This document shows positions 38,230 through 49,505 of a stretch of 64,000 bases of DNA, one piece after another (position 1 is the stretch's first letter; each line of letters opens with the position of its first letter). The stretch lies in NCBI GenBank assembly GCA_001643675.2, contig LSRY02000008.1, forward strand, positions 124,001 to 188,000, written 5' to 3'. Under the pieces are notes generated by a model that saw only the letters and a program-made list of their open reading frames with translations, ran no database searches and was not told the origin of the DNA. The position numbers were made by a program, and so were the translations under genes. The DNA comes from Monocercomonoides exilis PA203. Taxonomy: Eukaryota > Protista > Preaxostyla.

Positions 38230-41080
38230 TACGACTGCTACGAGGATGGAATCGCTAATGAAGCAGATGGCAAGACATCTTCTCCCTCTCCCTGCCTGTG
38301 CCACGCTATCTCTTCGTGAAACGAAACCACTTGCTGCCTTTTCCCCAAGCTGCAGCTAATAGCAAATCTCCCCTTCCACCTCGTTCCTCCCACAGCAACT
38401 GCCCCACCAGCAGCCGCACCATCAGAAACAGCGTCCGCAGCCCTTCTTTCTTCCCCACCACCAACTGCACCACCTCCACCCGCTGTTTCAGCCCATCCCC
38501 TGCCAACACCCTTGAAAGCACCCATACTAGGTAGTTCAGCGCCAATAAACCTTCTTCACAGCTGCATTGTTCTCATACGCTTTCAGAGGAGCCCGCCTGT
38601 ATGCTGTGTCGCACACATGCGGTTGCTTCAAGCAGCGCATCATGAAGTAATTTTGCTGGCACACCTCTTGCACCGATGAAAATGACGACAGACAGCAGAC
38701 TGACAGCCAGTAAGCATCCCGAAAGGTCCCCATCGATAACGTTTGTTGTGTGTGCGGATTGTACATACATTGAAGAGACTCCAGCTCCAAGTCCGTGATC
38801 CCTCTGCGCCCCTGTCGATGACAATGACGATGATGTTGTTGATGAAGTCGATGATGAAGTCGATGGATCGCCACTGCATGTCGCATTAAACAGTGCCTTC
38901 ATCACCTCCTTCCGCTTCACTGCCTCTACCCGGAAGGAGTTCAAAAGCAATCCAAGAAACACAAATGCATGTGACTGCACATTCTGCAACTTAAGCCCTC
39001 AAACTCTCCAAAAAATATATTGGTCTTTTTCATTAACGCATTGACAAGTGCAGTACATAGTAACTGGAAAATCCACTGCTCTTCTCTCGTGAACTCATCT
39101 CGCACAAACTTTACAAACAGCCACACCTTCTCAAAGAACTTTCAGAAAAGATCCACACTGACTAATTTTCCATATCTGCACCTCATCTCTCTTCTTCTGC
39201 GGCTCGCTTCTCTTCCCTTGTCGCATGAAGGCCATGTCACAAAACCCCTGCTTTTGCAGCACCACCACTGCACAGGCAGTCATTAACTTTTTCACATATA
39301 TCTTTCAGATTGTTGACAGCGTCCAAACCAGCTGCAGCTAAAGCTCTGTCTTTATCGTTACAAGAAATGTCTGAATCGGAACAGATGAACGCCCGTAGGT
39401 GGTATCCGAAGAACATGCTCCGTTTCATTCTTTGACTGCCCTGACGATACAGACACCGTTCTCATTTAACACGCAATTATCGTTGACCCCTCTGGAAAAA
39501 GCGCCGCACAAGCCAAAGATGTACCTAACTCAGAACCACTCGGAGATATCATAGGTCACTGATACGCATCCTACGCTCTGCTGTCTTTCATTTTCTCAAA
39601 AAGCATATACAGCTGCTTCACACTCTCTCTTCGCACGATGCTTTCATTTTATTTTGCTCCTGCTTCTCAATCGCATCCTTAAACAGTGCCTTCTCTGGCC
39701 TATCGTCTGCTCCTGAACTTTCAATAGCTCCATCAGCACACTCATATTCTTCTCCATCTCGTTCATATTATGACACACAGTTTCATCGCTCCTCTTCCTC
39801 CTCCACCGCCTCCACCTATGTTTGCCTCTTCCGCAGCACAAACCATTCACCCCTTCCAACTTTCACAACAACCCCCTTGCTTCTCGTGTCTGGCACAACT
39901 ACCGCAGCGGTGTCATATCCGAAGCAAGCTGCAAATTTTTCTTGGAACTTTTAACACAACCTCGAAGGTAGAACATACAAAGTTTAAGATGGAACCGTCC
40001 CGCCTCCCGCTGAGGCCAACGAAGAAGGAGTGGCAAGAAGCATCCCTGCCCCTGCTCCTGAACCTGCCCCTGCTCCAGAACCTGTTTCCTCGCTGTCCTC
40101 ACTCACCCAACCGTCCTGCTGGGTCCAGCACTTCTTCTCCAACTCAATCCCCACATCAGTTAACTCCACCTTCTCCTTCATGGCCAACAGCTGCCCATGC
40201 AGTTTCTTTTCTTCTGTATTGTATTTCTTACTCAGCTCCAGAATCTTCTTCTAATTCATCCGGATGATCTTGTCCTTCTTCTGCGGCTGCTCCTCCAGTT
40301 AACTCGTAGGCTTCGATATCTGCTCTTCGTCCCGGATATTCTGCAGCAGCATGTTGAACTACTGAAACTTCTTCTCCGTCTACGTTTCCGTTTCCTCCTC
40401 CTTCTTCTCCTGCTTTTTCGTCTCTTCTCGCTCATCGAGTACATCCAGAGACAGAACCACATAATCATTTCTCAGCCCCACCACTTCCGGCACCTTCTTC
40501 ACTCTCTCCTCTGTCCTTCATAGAACAAATATCCGCCTCATCACTTCGTGCTCCAACTTCGTAGCCACACACCTTGACTGCGGCAATCGCTACACAAGCC
40601 GAGCTATCGCCGATGGAAGCAACAACGGATCAAACAAAATGCATATCAACATGAATGCATTCAGATCCGTCCCGTAAAGTTTTGTTTGCTCATCGTCTTC
40701 GTTCTCACTACCTCTGCAAGTGATGGAAGTGGTGCTGCAAGCTCAACTGAAAGAATCATTGAAAACTCCATGTCGCATGCACAAAACTCACAAACAGCAC
40801 CCCCCGCCGCGCCGTAACATATCCCCACAGCGTCTGCAGCGCTCTCAGAAACAGTTTCTTGTGTTTGCATTTTCTTCAGCTGCCTCTCGATGTTGTCCAT
40901 CACCGCCACCGCGGAGGCATCCGAAGGGTCAATCGCTGGTGCTGATGACGAAGATGAATATGACGATGGCTTAGCATCTCCAGCCGCTTTCTACTCTTCG
41001 CTTCTCCACCTTCGGAATGGCGAAGTTGATCGTCGTGCTGTTACTATAGAAGAAGATAAAGAATTTAAATGGCGCTGAGA
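38230..41080. other. GC-richer degenerate coding-like region, unidentified
   Basis: Short protein-like ORF pieces on both strands, none with a recognisable motif. Confidence 0.25.
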
Positions 41081-42425
41081 AAAGAGACGAATGTAAGAGT
41101 TCATCAGCTTCAAGAAGCTTATTGAATCAACTCATCATTCAAAATTGCAACACCTTCTGTGTCACAAACACTTGATCAATGTTCAATTTGGAAAACTCAA
41201 TCATCACAGAATTTCTTTTGGAAGGGACTGGAAATGAGAAGAAAAGATGAGCAAAAAAGAAAATGAAAAGATGAAAGCTATTAAAGATATGATTCATGAT
41301 TTGATTCAAAACATGAGAGACCATTTCTCTTTTGAATTTTTTATAAAAGAGCATTTTATTATGAGAAATTAAATGTTGTTTTTTATTTATTTGTTATAAC
41401 ATTAATAACTGTTCAATATTAACAACTTTTTGAATTTCTTTTAATTTCAATGAGGAAAGAATAGATGAAAATTTCCAGTTTAATAATTTCTTTTCAAAAT
41501 AACCAAATTAAAACAAGTTAAAATTCATCTGTTATTTAACATAGGAAAATAATTAATGTGGAGACTCAATTCAAAAAAATAAAATGTTTATATGAACAGT
41601 TGAAATGAAAACAAAGAAATATGAACAAAATTTTCAGTGACATCAAAAACCAAGAAAAAAATAATTTAAATCATAAAAGTGATTCAATAGAAAAATGGGT
41701 ATTTGAAATCTATTTTAATAAAACGCAACATTTGGGAATAGGGTGACAAAACTCAATAAAATGACATTCAGCAATATATAATCGTTACGGAATGATCAAC
41801 ATTTTCTGATCATTTGTGATCTGATTTTCAGATCAATTAATATTTTGTGACTTTTCAAAAAAATACCCATATTCGAATTAAAAAAGATTCATAATAATTT
41901 TCGCATCAAAATCAGATTGCGGTATATAAAAGCTTTCATATGTTAAGATCATTCTTTTCAAGCTTTTTCGTGGGAAAACCAATATTTGTTCATGATCAAC
42001 TATGAAAGTCCAATAATTGTTATTGCATATAACAACAATTTAAGAAACAGAGAAGAAAATCTCAAATTCAATTATCATGAATTCCTTGAATAATAAAACT
42101 TCATTATGTGTTTTTATTTCATTTTATTGAATTAAAAATTTTCATATTTTGATTTTGATTTATTTATATATTTTTATACTTATTTTGTTTATTTATTTAT
42201 TTATTTATTTTCACCAAAAATAATTCAATTTCGAAAATTAATAATTCAAATTCGTAATTTATTAATTCGATTTCGAAAAAGAATAATTCGATTTCGAAAC
42301 GAAAATTTTTTTGATCATTGGAATTAATAACTTATGTTTTGCTGAAAAAATACTCTTGAATATTAACTCTTGAACACACTTTGTTTATGAATATTTTAAA
42401 AATGATGCATTTCTTTTAAAAAAAT

Positions 42426-45400
42426 GGCAAGTTCCAAGTATGTGGACAATCAATAAAAAATATTTCTTATTTCGAACATGAAAGAAAATGCTTCTATTAT
42501 TAATTATATATTTGCTTTTTTCTGTCGAAAATGCATTGTTTGGAACAATCTGTTTTTTATTTGATCTATCCCTCATATATTTTATAACTTTCATGTTATT
42601 GCTTTATCTCAATTTTGAAGGTTTTTTGATCTTCATCTTCTTATGAAAAAAACTTAAATTGTTTGGAGTATTTATTATTTGCTTCGAGTTGTTTCATAAA
42701 ATTTCACGAAATCGTTTTTGAATGTTGCAATTGATGTTTCATTAAAACATTGTGTTTTTGATCAATTTGATCAATTTTTTATCAAAAAGAAAGATAAGAA
42801 TTGCTGTTTTAAAAAGTGACTTTTGATAAACTGTTAAAGAAAATTTCTGATTATTCAACGAAAAATTCAGTTAATGCAAATGTTTGTGTTGTTGTTGCAA
42901 TGTATGTTTACTCAGAATGCCATGTGATTCCCAGAAACAAGACCGATAACTTGCATTTTGCGATATGATTACGATTCAATGATTCAGTCCGTTCTTTTTG
43001 CAATTAATTATTAAAAAATTTTTTATTTCTATTTCCCAACAACAGCGCATAAATTTTCTGCAATATGTGACAATTCCATTTGAAATAAATTTCTTAAAAA
43101 ATGCAATTGTGGAACAATAATACTCGTTGTTGGATGCTGCACAACCTCTTGGAGCTTTTTATTCGAATTAAATTTATAAACAGTCCTTATTGTCTGTCAC
43201 TTCTCATGCAGATATAAATATCCTTTCTGACTTGTGGATCGCAATAAACAGTACAAAGTTAAATGGATTTTTGTTCATCTGGTTGGCTGTGAAGATGTTC
43301 ACTCTATCGAAGATGTAATCGTTGAGGTACAACGAAAACATTGGATGGTTTATTTGCTCAATAATTAATCGTCAGACAAAAAATTCCAGTTTAATTTACT
43401 GTGTTTAAAAAAACCTCAGAATCAAAAATTCGATCGGTAATCCTTTCACAAAATTGAAAAACAAATAACCCAAATTGAATTCAATTTCAAAGCAGTTCAA
43501 TGCAGTTGCGCCTGAATTTCTTTCATGTTTCGATATAATTCAATGATCCACAGAACTCATCAGTTCAGAGAATTTTTCTTCTTTCTTACGGAAGCTTCTT
43601 TCCGTTCCAAGTTCAATTCTCATTCCTCCGCCTTCCTCACTCAACGCAGATGTCAATTCATCCAAAGAGCAGTTCACAATTGACAGATGCGTCTCCATCT
43701 GAATAGATCCTGACGAAGGCTGCTCGTCATACTCACTCACATGAAGAGAAGTGAATTCACAGTTCTTTAAGCTTATTTCTGCTGGCTGAGATTCTTGATT
43801 GGACGAAGATGAATGGTCATCTTTCTCTTCTGGTGTTGAAGGAATCAGATTGAAAAGTCAACAAGATGAAAATAATAATTGGAAAAGCTATCTCCCTCGA
43901 ATGAAGCTTGGGATGTTTGCGAAATCACAAAAGGCGTTACAGAAAAATGTTGCTTTATCAGCATTGTACTGAGAAAGCTGCACAACTCCACCCAAAACGC
44001 TGATCAAATGCACGCAACTTGAAACATCTTGCGATTCTGAAGAAGTGAGAATGAAAGAGCACAATGAAAATTGGATGTTTCCTGTTTCTGTCGAAGAGGA
44101 AAACAACGAAGCACCTTCGGGTGTCTCAACAGCAAAAACAGAAGGAACATGAAAATCGATCGAAGAAAACGAAAGAGCGGTTGTGGATGAAACAACACTC
44201 TCAGATGCAAACGGAACATTGGTGCTGATGTTAATCCCGCTGTTTTCTTTGCCAAATGACAGAACATTGACTGAGTTGAATGAAATGTCATTTTCGATCG
44301 AGCCATTCGATTTCACAGTGATCACTCGAAGTGGTTCATCTGCACTGCACTTCGCAAGTCGATTGACAGAATAGTCAAGCGATTGGCACGGAACATATTT
44401 GTTCCCACAAAACACCTCGTTCCACTCTGCTGGCGCCTCAACCAGAACAGATGCACTCACAAAGCCTTCCACAAAAATCATCAGATCAACTGCCTAGTTG
44501 AAATAGCTCCTGTCAAACCCAACCAGCGCATTCGTTTTGTCCTCAAATTGTGTCGCAAATGCAAACAACTCAGAATTCACACAATTCCTCAGATCATTCG
44601 CCACAATGAACATATCTCTTCCCTGATGTGCCTTGTTTCCTCCAACACTTATCTCTGAAAATGAATTTCTGTCATTGTTGTCTGTTGAACATGTTAAATA
44701 GATTCCTCCGCCACATCCTTCAGAACTGCTGCAGATGCTGTTTGTTACTCCCACTTTCCTCATCTTCAGATGTCCATCTGCAACTTTCAGCTCAAAAGTC
44801 ATCGCTCCTCTTTTTTTGAATCCTTCAGAGCCGAGCGCTTAATACGCGCAACAACTTCTGCTTCGTTGATGTTCAGAAGAGAGAATATCAAAGAACACGG
44901 ATTTGATTATCCATTGTTGACGCTGCTGAATAAAATAAATTACAACAGAAGAACATCAGTTGATGAATCTCCTTCTTTTTCTATCGTTTATTGATTTTTT
45001 CACTAAAAAGAATTAAGCAAATTATATTTCTTACTAATATATGAGAATTTGATATAGATTTTGGTATCACAATTATCGTAAGCTTCGATATCATCATTGA
45101 ATACAATGTCAAATTGATTATTCCATTTTTCATTGAACAAAAATACAATTTTCAAAAAACAGTGCGCTTTTGAAAATTGATAATCTATTTAAAGATATCG
45201 AAGGGAGCATATATTTATGTGCTCGAAATAACCTGTGCAAAAGTAAAAACTCAAATGGGCTTCAAACGTTTGAAAAAACGTTGAAAATAATTAACATTTT
45301 ACGTTTTTTGTATTTCTCAAAATATAAACACAACAAAAATAAGCATATGCAAATACAAAACGTGCAGGTTAAAAAAAAATCAAAGAATAAAAAACAAGGA

Positions 45401-45565
45401 TTGTTTGAAAATATATATGGGATAGATCAAATAAAAAACAGATTGTTCCAAACAATGCATTTTCGACAGAAAAAAGCAAATATATAATTAATAATAGAAG
45501 CATTTTCTTTCATGTTCGAAATAAGAAATATTTTTTATTGATTGTCCACATACTTGGAACTTGCC
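42426..45565. mobile_element. Non-autonomous Merlin-type element carrying a host gene fragment (Pack-Merlin B)
   Basis: 147 bp apparently identical TIRs (42426-42572 / 45419-45565) starting GGCAAGTTCCAAGT; flanks A7T and A9T fit an 8 bp target-site duplication with homopolymer slippage. Confidence 0.9.
43540..44900 (-). pseudogene. Captured fragment of the large repetitive host protein family
   Basis: GCGGGIYL..NKAHQGRDMFIV..NALVGFD..*AVDLMIF..FCGNKYVPCQSL..GGGMRIELG; in-frame TAG at 44494 and frameshifts. Confidence 0.85.
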
Positions 45566-45674
45566 AAAAAAAAATACATTTTTTTGATAAAAATATCATA
45601 ATTTGAAGTCAATAAGAAAAGAAAATGAATTCATTTTCATAAACGAAAAATCGAAGTTTTTTTAAATATTTCAC

Positions 45675-45713
<39 letters not shown>

Positions 45714-46382
45714 CAGTAAATTATCGTATTTTGAAATTCAATAAATGTGATTGAAAATTCACAATTTCCTTCGGGTTATTTAAAATAATGAATTATTTGC
45801 AATTAATTTATCATCAGAGTGATGATTTTTGTATTTGAAAAGAAATAACTTAATAATATTGATAGGTTTTATATTTCTGTAAAAAAACAATTTTCTTTGT
45901 TATGATACACAATTTATTAAACAATAACTTGATATTAACCTTAATCCATCCTCAATTAAAATTAAAAATTTCAGTTTTAAATGAATTTCGAAATCGAATT
46001 ATTTTTTTTCGAAATTGGAATATTATTTCCGAATTTGAATTATTTTTTTACGAATAAAAATAATTTTTGGTGTATTTTTTGTTTTTATTTATTTATTTAT
46101 TTTATTTTATTTTTATTTTTATTTTTGAAATTTTGAAAATAAAAAATACTTTTTTTCTGACAAAAACATAAAATTTCTAATCGACGGGGAATTTCCCTTC
46201 GTTTTTGGCAAATTTGTTCAGCTCTTTTCAAATTTTTTCCACACTTCAAAATTTATCAATTTCAACAACAAAAAAATAAATGATCCATTACAAAAATTTC
46301 GCGAGAAATGATCTGTTGCATAAATTGAAAAGAACGATCGTGAGCAACAAATAAATATCTTCTGATCTTAATTTCAATCAAA

Positions 46383-49300
46383 ATGAAGATCGACAGTGAT
46401 GCTTTGATAACAAAGAGGGATGAAAAAGAAAGAACAGAGGCTATGCTTTGGATCATAGAGAAAAAGACAGATCCTCCATTGGAAATGAGACATGAAACAA
46501 CGCTTCTTGATCAGGATGGCTGCACAATGGCAATGATATGGATTCGCTTTGTCAATACAGAGCCGCCGGAATGGATGAGGCATGACACTGAACGAACCAA
46601 TATCCTGGGGCGAACAATGGCAATGCAGTGGATTATTAATCTGAAAACAGAACCACCAGAATGGATGAGACATAATCCTTTGCTTCCTGATAAAGACGGA
46701 TGCACGATGGCAATGATGTGGATTTTTTGGTTGAAATCTGAGCCGCCAGAATGGATGAGACACAGCATCACACTTTCTGACAAGAACGGAAGAACAATGG
46801 CAATGAAGTGGATTCAAGATGTCAAAACTGAACCTCCTAAATGGATGAGGCATAACATCACACTTGGAAATAAGAACGGAGAAACAATGACTATGCTGTG
46901 GATTCGCTTTGTCAAAACAAATCCTCCAGAGTGGATGAGGTATTTCAATTCACTTGAAGACATAAATGAATGGACGATTTCAAAATATTGGGAAATCTTT
47001 GTTCAAAAAGATCCACCAGAATGGATGAAGAATGACTACACACTTGCTGATGAAAATGGAAGAACAGAGGCAATGCATTGGATTGTGGAGAAAAAGACAG
47101 ATCCACCACAAAAAATCAGACATGACATTGCACTTGCTGATAAAGACGGATGGACGATGGCTATGCTGTGGATTCAGTTTGTGAAGACAGAACCTCCAGA
47201 ATGGATGAGACATAACAAAACTCTTTGTTGCAACAACGGATGGACAATGGCAATGCTGTGGATTCAGTTTGTGAAGACAGATCCTCCAGAATGGATGAGA
47301 CATTGTAACGCTCTTGGAGATAAAAATGGAGAAACAATGGCTATGAAATGGATTCAGTTTGTGAAGACAGAACCTCCAGAATGGATGAGACACAATATAG
47401 CACTTGGCAATGAGTCGGGGAAAACGATGGCCATGGTTTGGATTTTTTGGTTGAAATCAGAATCACAGGAATGGATGAGACATGATGTTACGCTTGCTGA
47501 TAAAGACGGATGGACAATGGCAATGCACTGGATCAAACAAGTCAAAACAGAACCACCTGAATGGATGAGACACAGTCTAACGCTTTGTAATAAGAAAGGA
47601 GAAACTTTGTCGATGATATGGATTTGCAATGTGGAGACAGAGCCACCAGAATGGATGAGACACAATATGACGCTTGCTAATGAGTACGGATGGACAATGG
47701 CTGTGTATTGGATTAGGTTTGTCCAAACAGAATTACCAAAGTGGATGAGGCACGATATTGCATTCACATATCACAAAGGATGCTCAATGGCTATGTATTG
47801 GATTGAATTTGTGAAGACAGAACCACCAGAATGGATGAGACATGATATTACACTTGCCAATAACAATGGACACACGATGGCCATGCTGTGGATTCATCAT
47901 GTCAAGAAAGACCCTCCAGAATGGATGAGACACGATGTCACATTAAAAGATAAAAAAGGATGGACAATGGCCATGAACTGGATTTATCTTGTCAAGACAG
48001 AACCACCGGCATGGATGAGACATAGCATCACGCTTGTAAATAACAATGGAATTACAATGGCTATGATGTGGATCAAAAATATAAAAACAGAACCTCCTGA
48101 ATGGATGAGACAAGACAAAACACTGACAACTGGCTGGGAAAAACAAACAATGGCCATGATGTGGATTCGTAATGTTCAGATAGAACCTCCTGAGTGGATG
48201 AGACATGATGCAACACTAAAAAATAATGGGGGATGGACATTGGCAATGCAATGGATATTTCACATTAAGACAGAACCACCAGAATGGATGAGGCATGATA
48301 TTATAGTTAAAGATAAGAAAGGATGGACGATGGAAGAATTTTGGAAAACTTATGTTAAAACCGATCCACCAGAATGGATGACTCATGATTACATGAACGC
48401 TGACAAACGAGGAAGAACAGCGGGAATGAGGTGGATCATAGAGAATCAGACAGAACCACCAGAACAAATGCGACACGACAACACACTTGCCGATAAGTTT
48501 GGACGAACAATGGCAATGCTGTGGATCCAATTTGTTAAAAAAGAGCCGCCAAGGTGGATGAGGCATGACATTGCGCTTCGCGATAGCGGAGGAGAGACAA
48601 TGGCAATGCTTTGGATTATGGATACAAAATCTGAACCACCAGAATGGATGAGGCACAACATTGCACTTACCGATAAGGATGGAAAAACAATGGCCATGCA
48701 CTGGATTGAAAGAGTGAAAACAGAACCCTCTGAATGGATGAGGCATGATATTTCGCAAGTGGACAAGGAAGGAAATACTATGGCAATGAAGTGGATTCAA
48801 TTTGTGAGGAAAGATCCACCAAAATGGATGACTCATGACATTACACTTCGCGATAGCGATGGAGAGACAATGGCAATGTTGTGGATACGTGACGTTAAAA
48901 CAGAACCATCTGAATGGATGAGACACGATATTTCACATAAAGATAACAAAGGAGAAACAATTGCGATGAAATGGATTCAGTATGTGAATTCAGAACCGTC
49001 AAAGTGGATGAGACATGACAACAAGGTTGCAGACAAGGAAGGAAATACAATGGCAATGAAGTGGATTCAATTTGTGAAGAAAGATCCACCACTGTGGATG
49101 AGACACAACATTATCCTTAATAACTGTTATGGCTTGACAATGGCGATGATATGGATTGCAAATAACTATTCAGAGCCGCCAGAATGGATGAGACATGACG
49201 TTGAACGAACCGATATCCTGGGACGAACAATGGCGATGATGTGGATTCAGTTTACTGAAACTGAACCACCAGAATGGATGAGGCATAAAAATGAATTTAA

Positions 49301-49505
49301 GGATAAGGCTGGGAAAACGATGATCAACTATTGGGAAGAATATGCGAGAAGAGAGATCCCGGAATGGATGAAATACGATGAATTTGTTGTTGTTGTTGCA
49401 GATAATGATGGAGCAACAGATGCAATGCGTTGGCTCAAGGAAATGTTACAAAAGCATCAGAACGAAAGTGGAAAGGAAATACACTTGAAGTTGAAGATAG
49501 AATAG
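46383..49505 (+). CDS. 1040 aa tandem-repeat protein, ~33 x 30 aa (HD.TL.DK.G.TMAM.WI..VKTEPPEWMR), possibly divergent ankyrin-like
   Basis: Intact long ORF with 90 bp periodicity; D..G.T.AM resembles the ankyrin hairpin/first helix. Confidence 0.9.
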   Translation: MKIDSDALITKRDEKERTEAMLWIIEKKTDPPLEMRHETTLLDQDGCTMAMIWIRFVNTEPPEWMRHDTERTNILGRTMAMQWIINLKTEPPEWMRHNPLLPDKDGCTMAMMWIFWLKSEPPEWMRHSITLSDKNGRTMAMKWIQDVKTEPPKWMRHNITLGNKNGETMTMLWIRFVKTNPPEWMRYFNSLEDINEWTISKYWEIFVQKDPPEWMKNDYTLADENGRTEAMHWIVEKKTDPPQKIRHDIALADKDGWTMAMLWIQFVKTEPPEWMRHNKTLCCNNGWTMAMLWIQFVKTDPPEWMRHCNALGDKNGETMAMKWIQFVKTEPPEWMRHNIALGNESGKTMAMVWIFWLKSESQEWMRHDVTLADKDGWTMAMHWIKQVKTEPPEWMRHSLTLCNKKGETLSMIWICNVETEPPEWMRHNMTLANEYGWTMAVYWIRFVQTELPKWMRHDIAFTYHKGCSMAMYWIEFVKTEPPEWMRHDITLANNNGHTMAMLWIHHVKKDPPEWMRHDVTLKDKKGWTMAMNWIYLVKTEPPAWMRHSITLVNNNGITMAMMWIKNIKTEPPEWMRQDKTLTTGWEKQTMAMMWIRNVQIEPPEWMRHDATLKNNGGWTLAMQWIFHIKTEPPEWMRHDIIVKDKKGWTMEEFWKTYVKTDPPEWMTHDYMNADKRGRTAGMRWIIENQTEPPEQMRHDNTLADKFGRTMAMLWIQFVKKEPPRWMRHDIALRDSGGETMAMLWIMDTKSEPPEWMRHNIALTDKDGKTMAMHWIERVKTEPSEWMRHDISQVDKEGNTMAMKWIQFVRKDPPKWMTHDITLRDSDGETMAMLWIRDVKTEPSEWMRHDISHKDNKGETIAMKWIQYVNSEPSKWMRHDNKVADKEGNTMAMKWIQFVKKDPPLWMRHNIILNNCYGLTMAMIWIANNYSEPPEWMRHDVERTDILGRTMAMMWIQFTETEPPEWMRHKNEFKDKAGKTMINYWEEYARREIPEWMKYDEFVVVVADNDGATDAMRWLKEMLQKHQNESGKEIHLKLKIE

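Larger units (their letters stand above)
42212..46072. mobile_element. CACCAAAAAT-ended element with ~21 bp subterminal repeats, hosting nested Pack-Merlin B
   Basis: caccaaaaataattc at 42212 followed by aataattcgatttcgaaa repeats; inverted counterpart ending atttttggtg at 46072; both flanks are (ATTT)n-like; extra CACC end at 45672. Confidence 0.5.

Noticed and set aside
38500-41080. Retrotransposon (RT or tyrosine recombinase) remnant
   Set aside because: No YxDD, RNase H or recombinase motifs could be recognised.
46383-49505. CRISPR-like array from the 90 bp periodicity
   Set aside because: The repeats are in-frame coding units with synonymous variation, there are no cas genes, and the context is eukaryotic.
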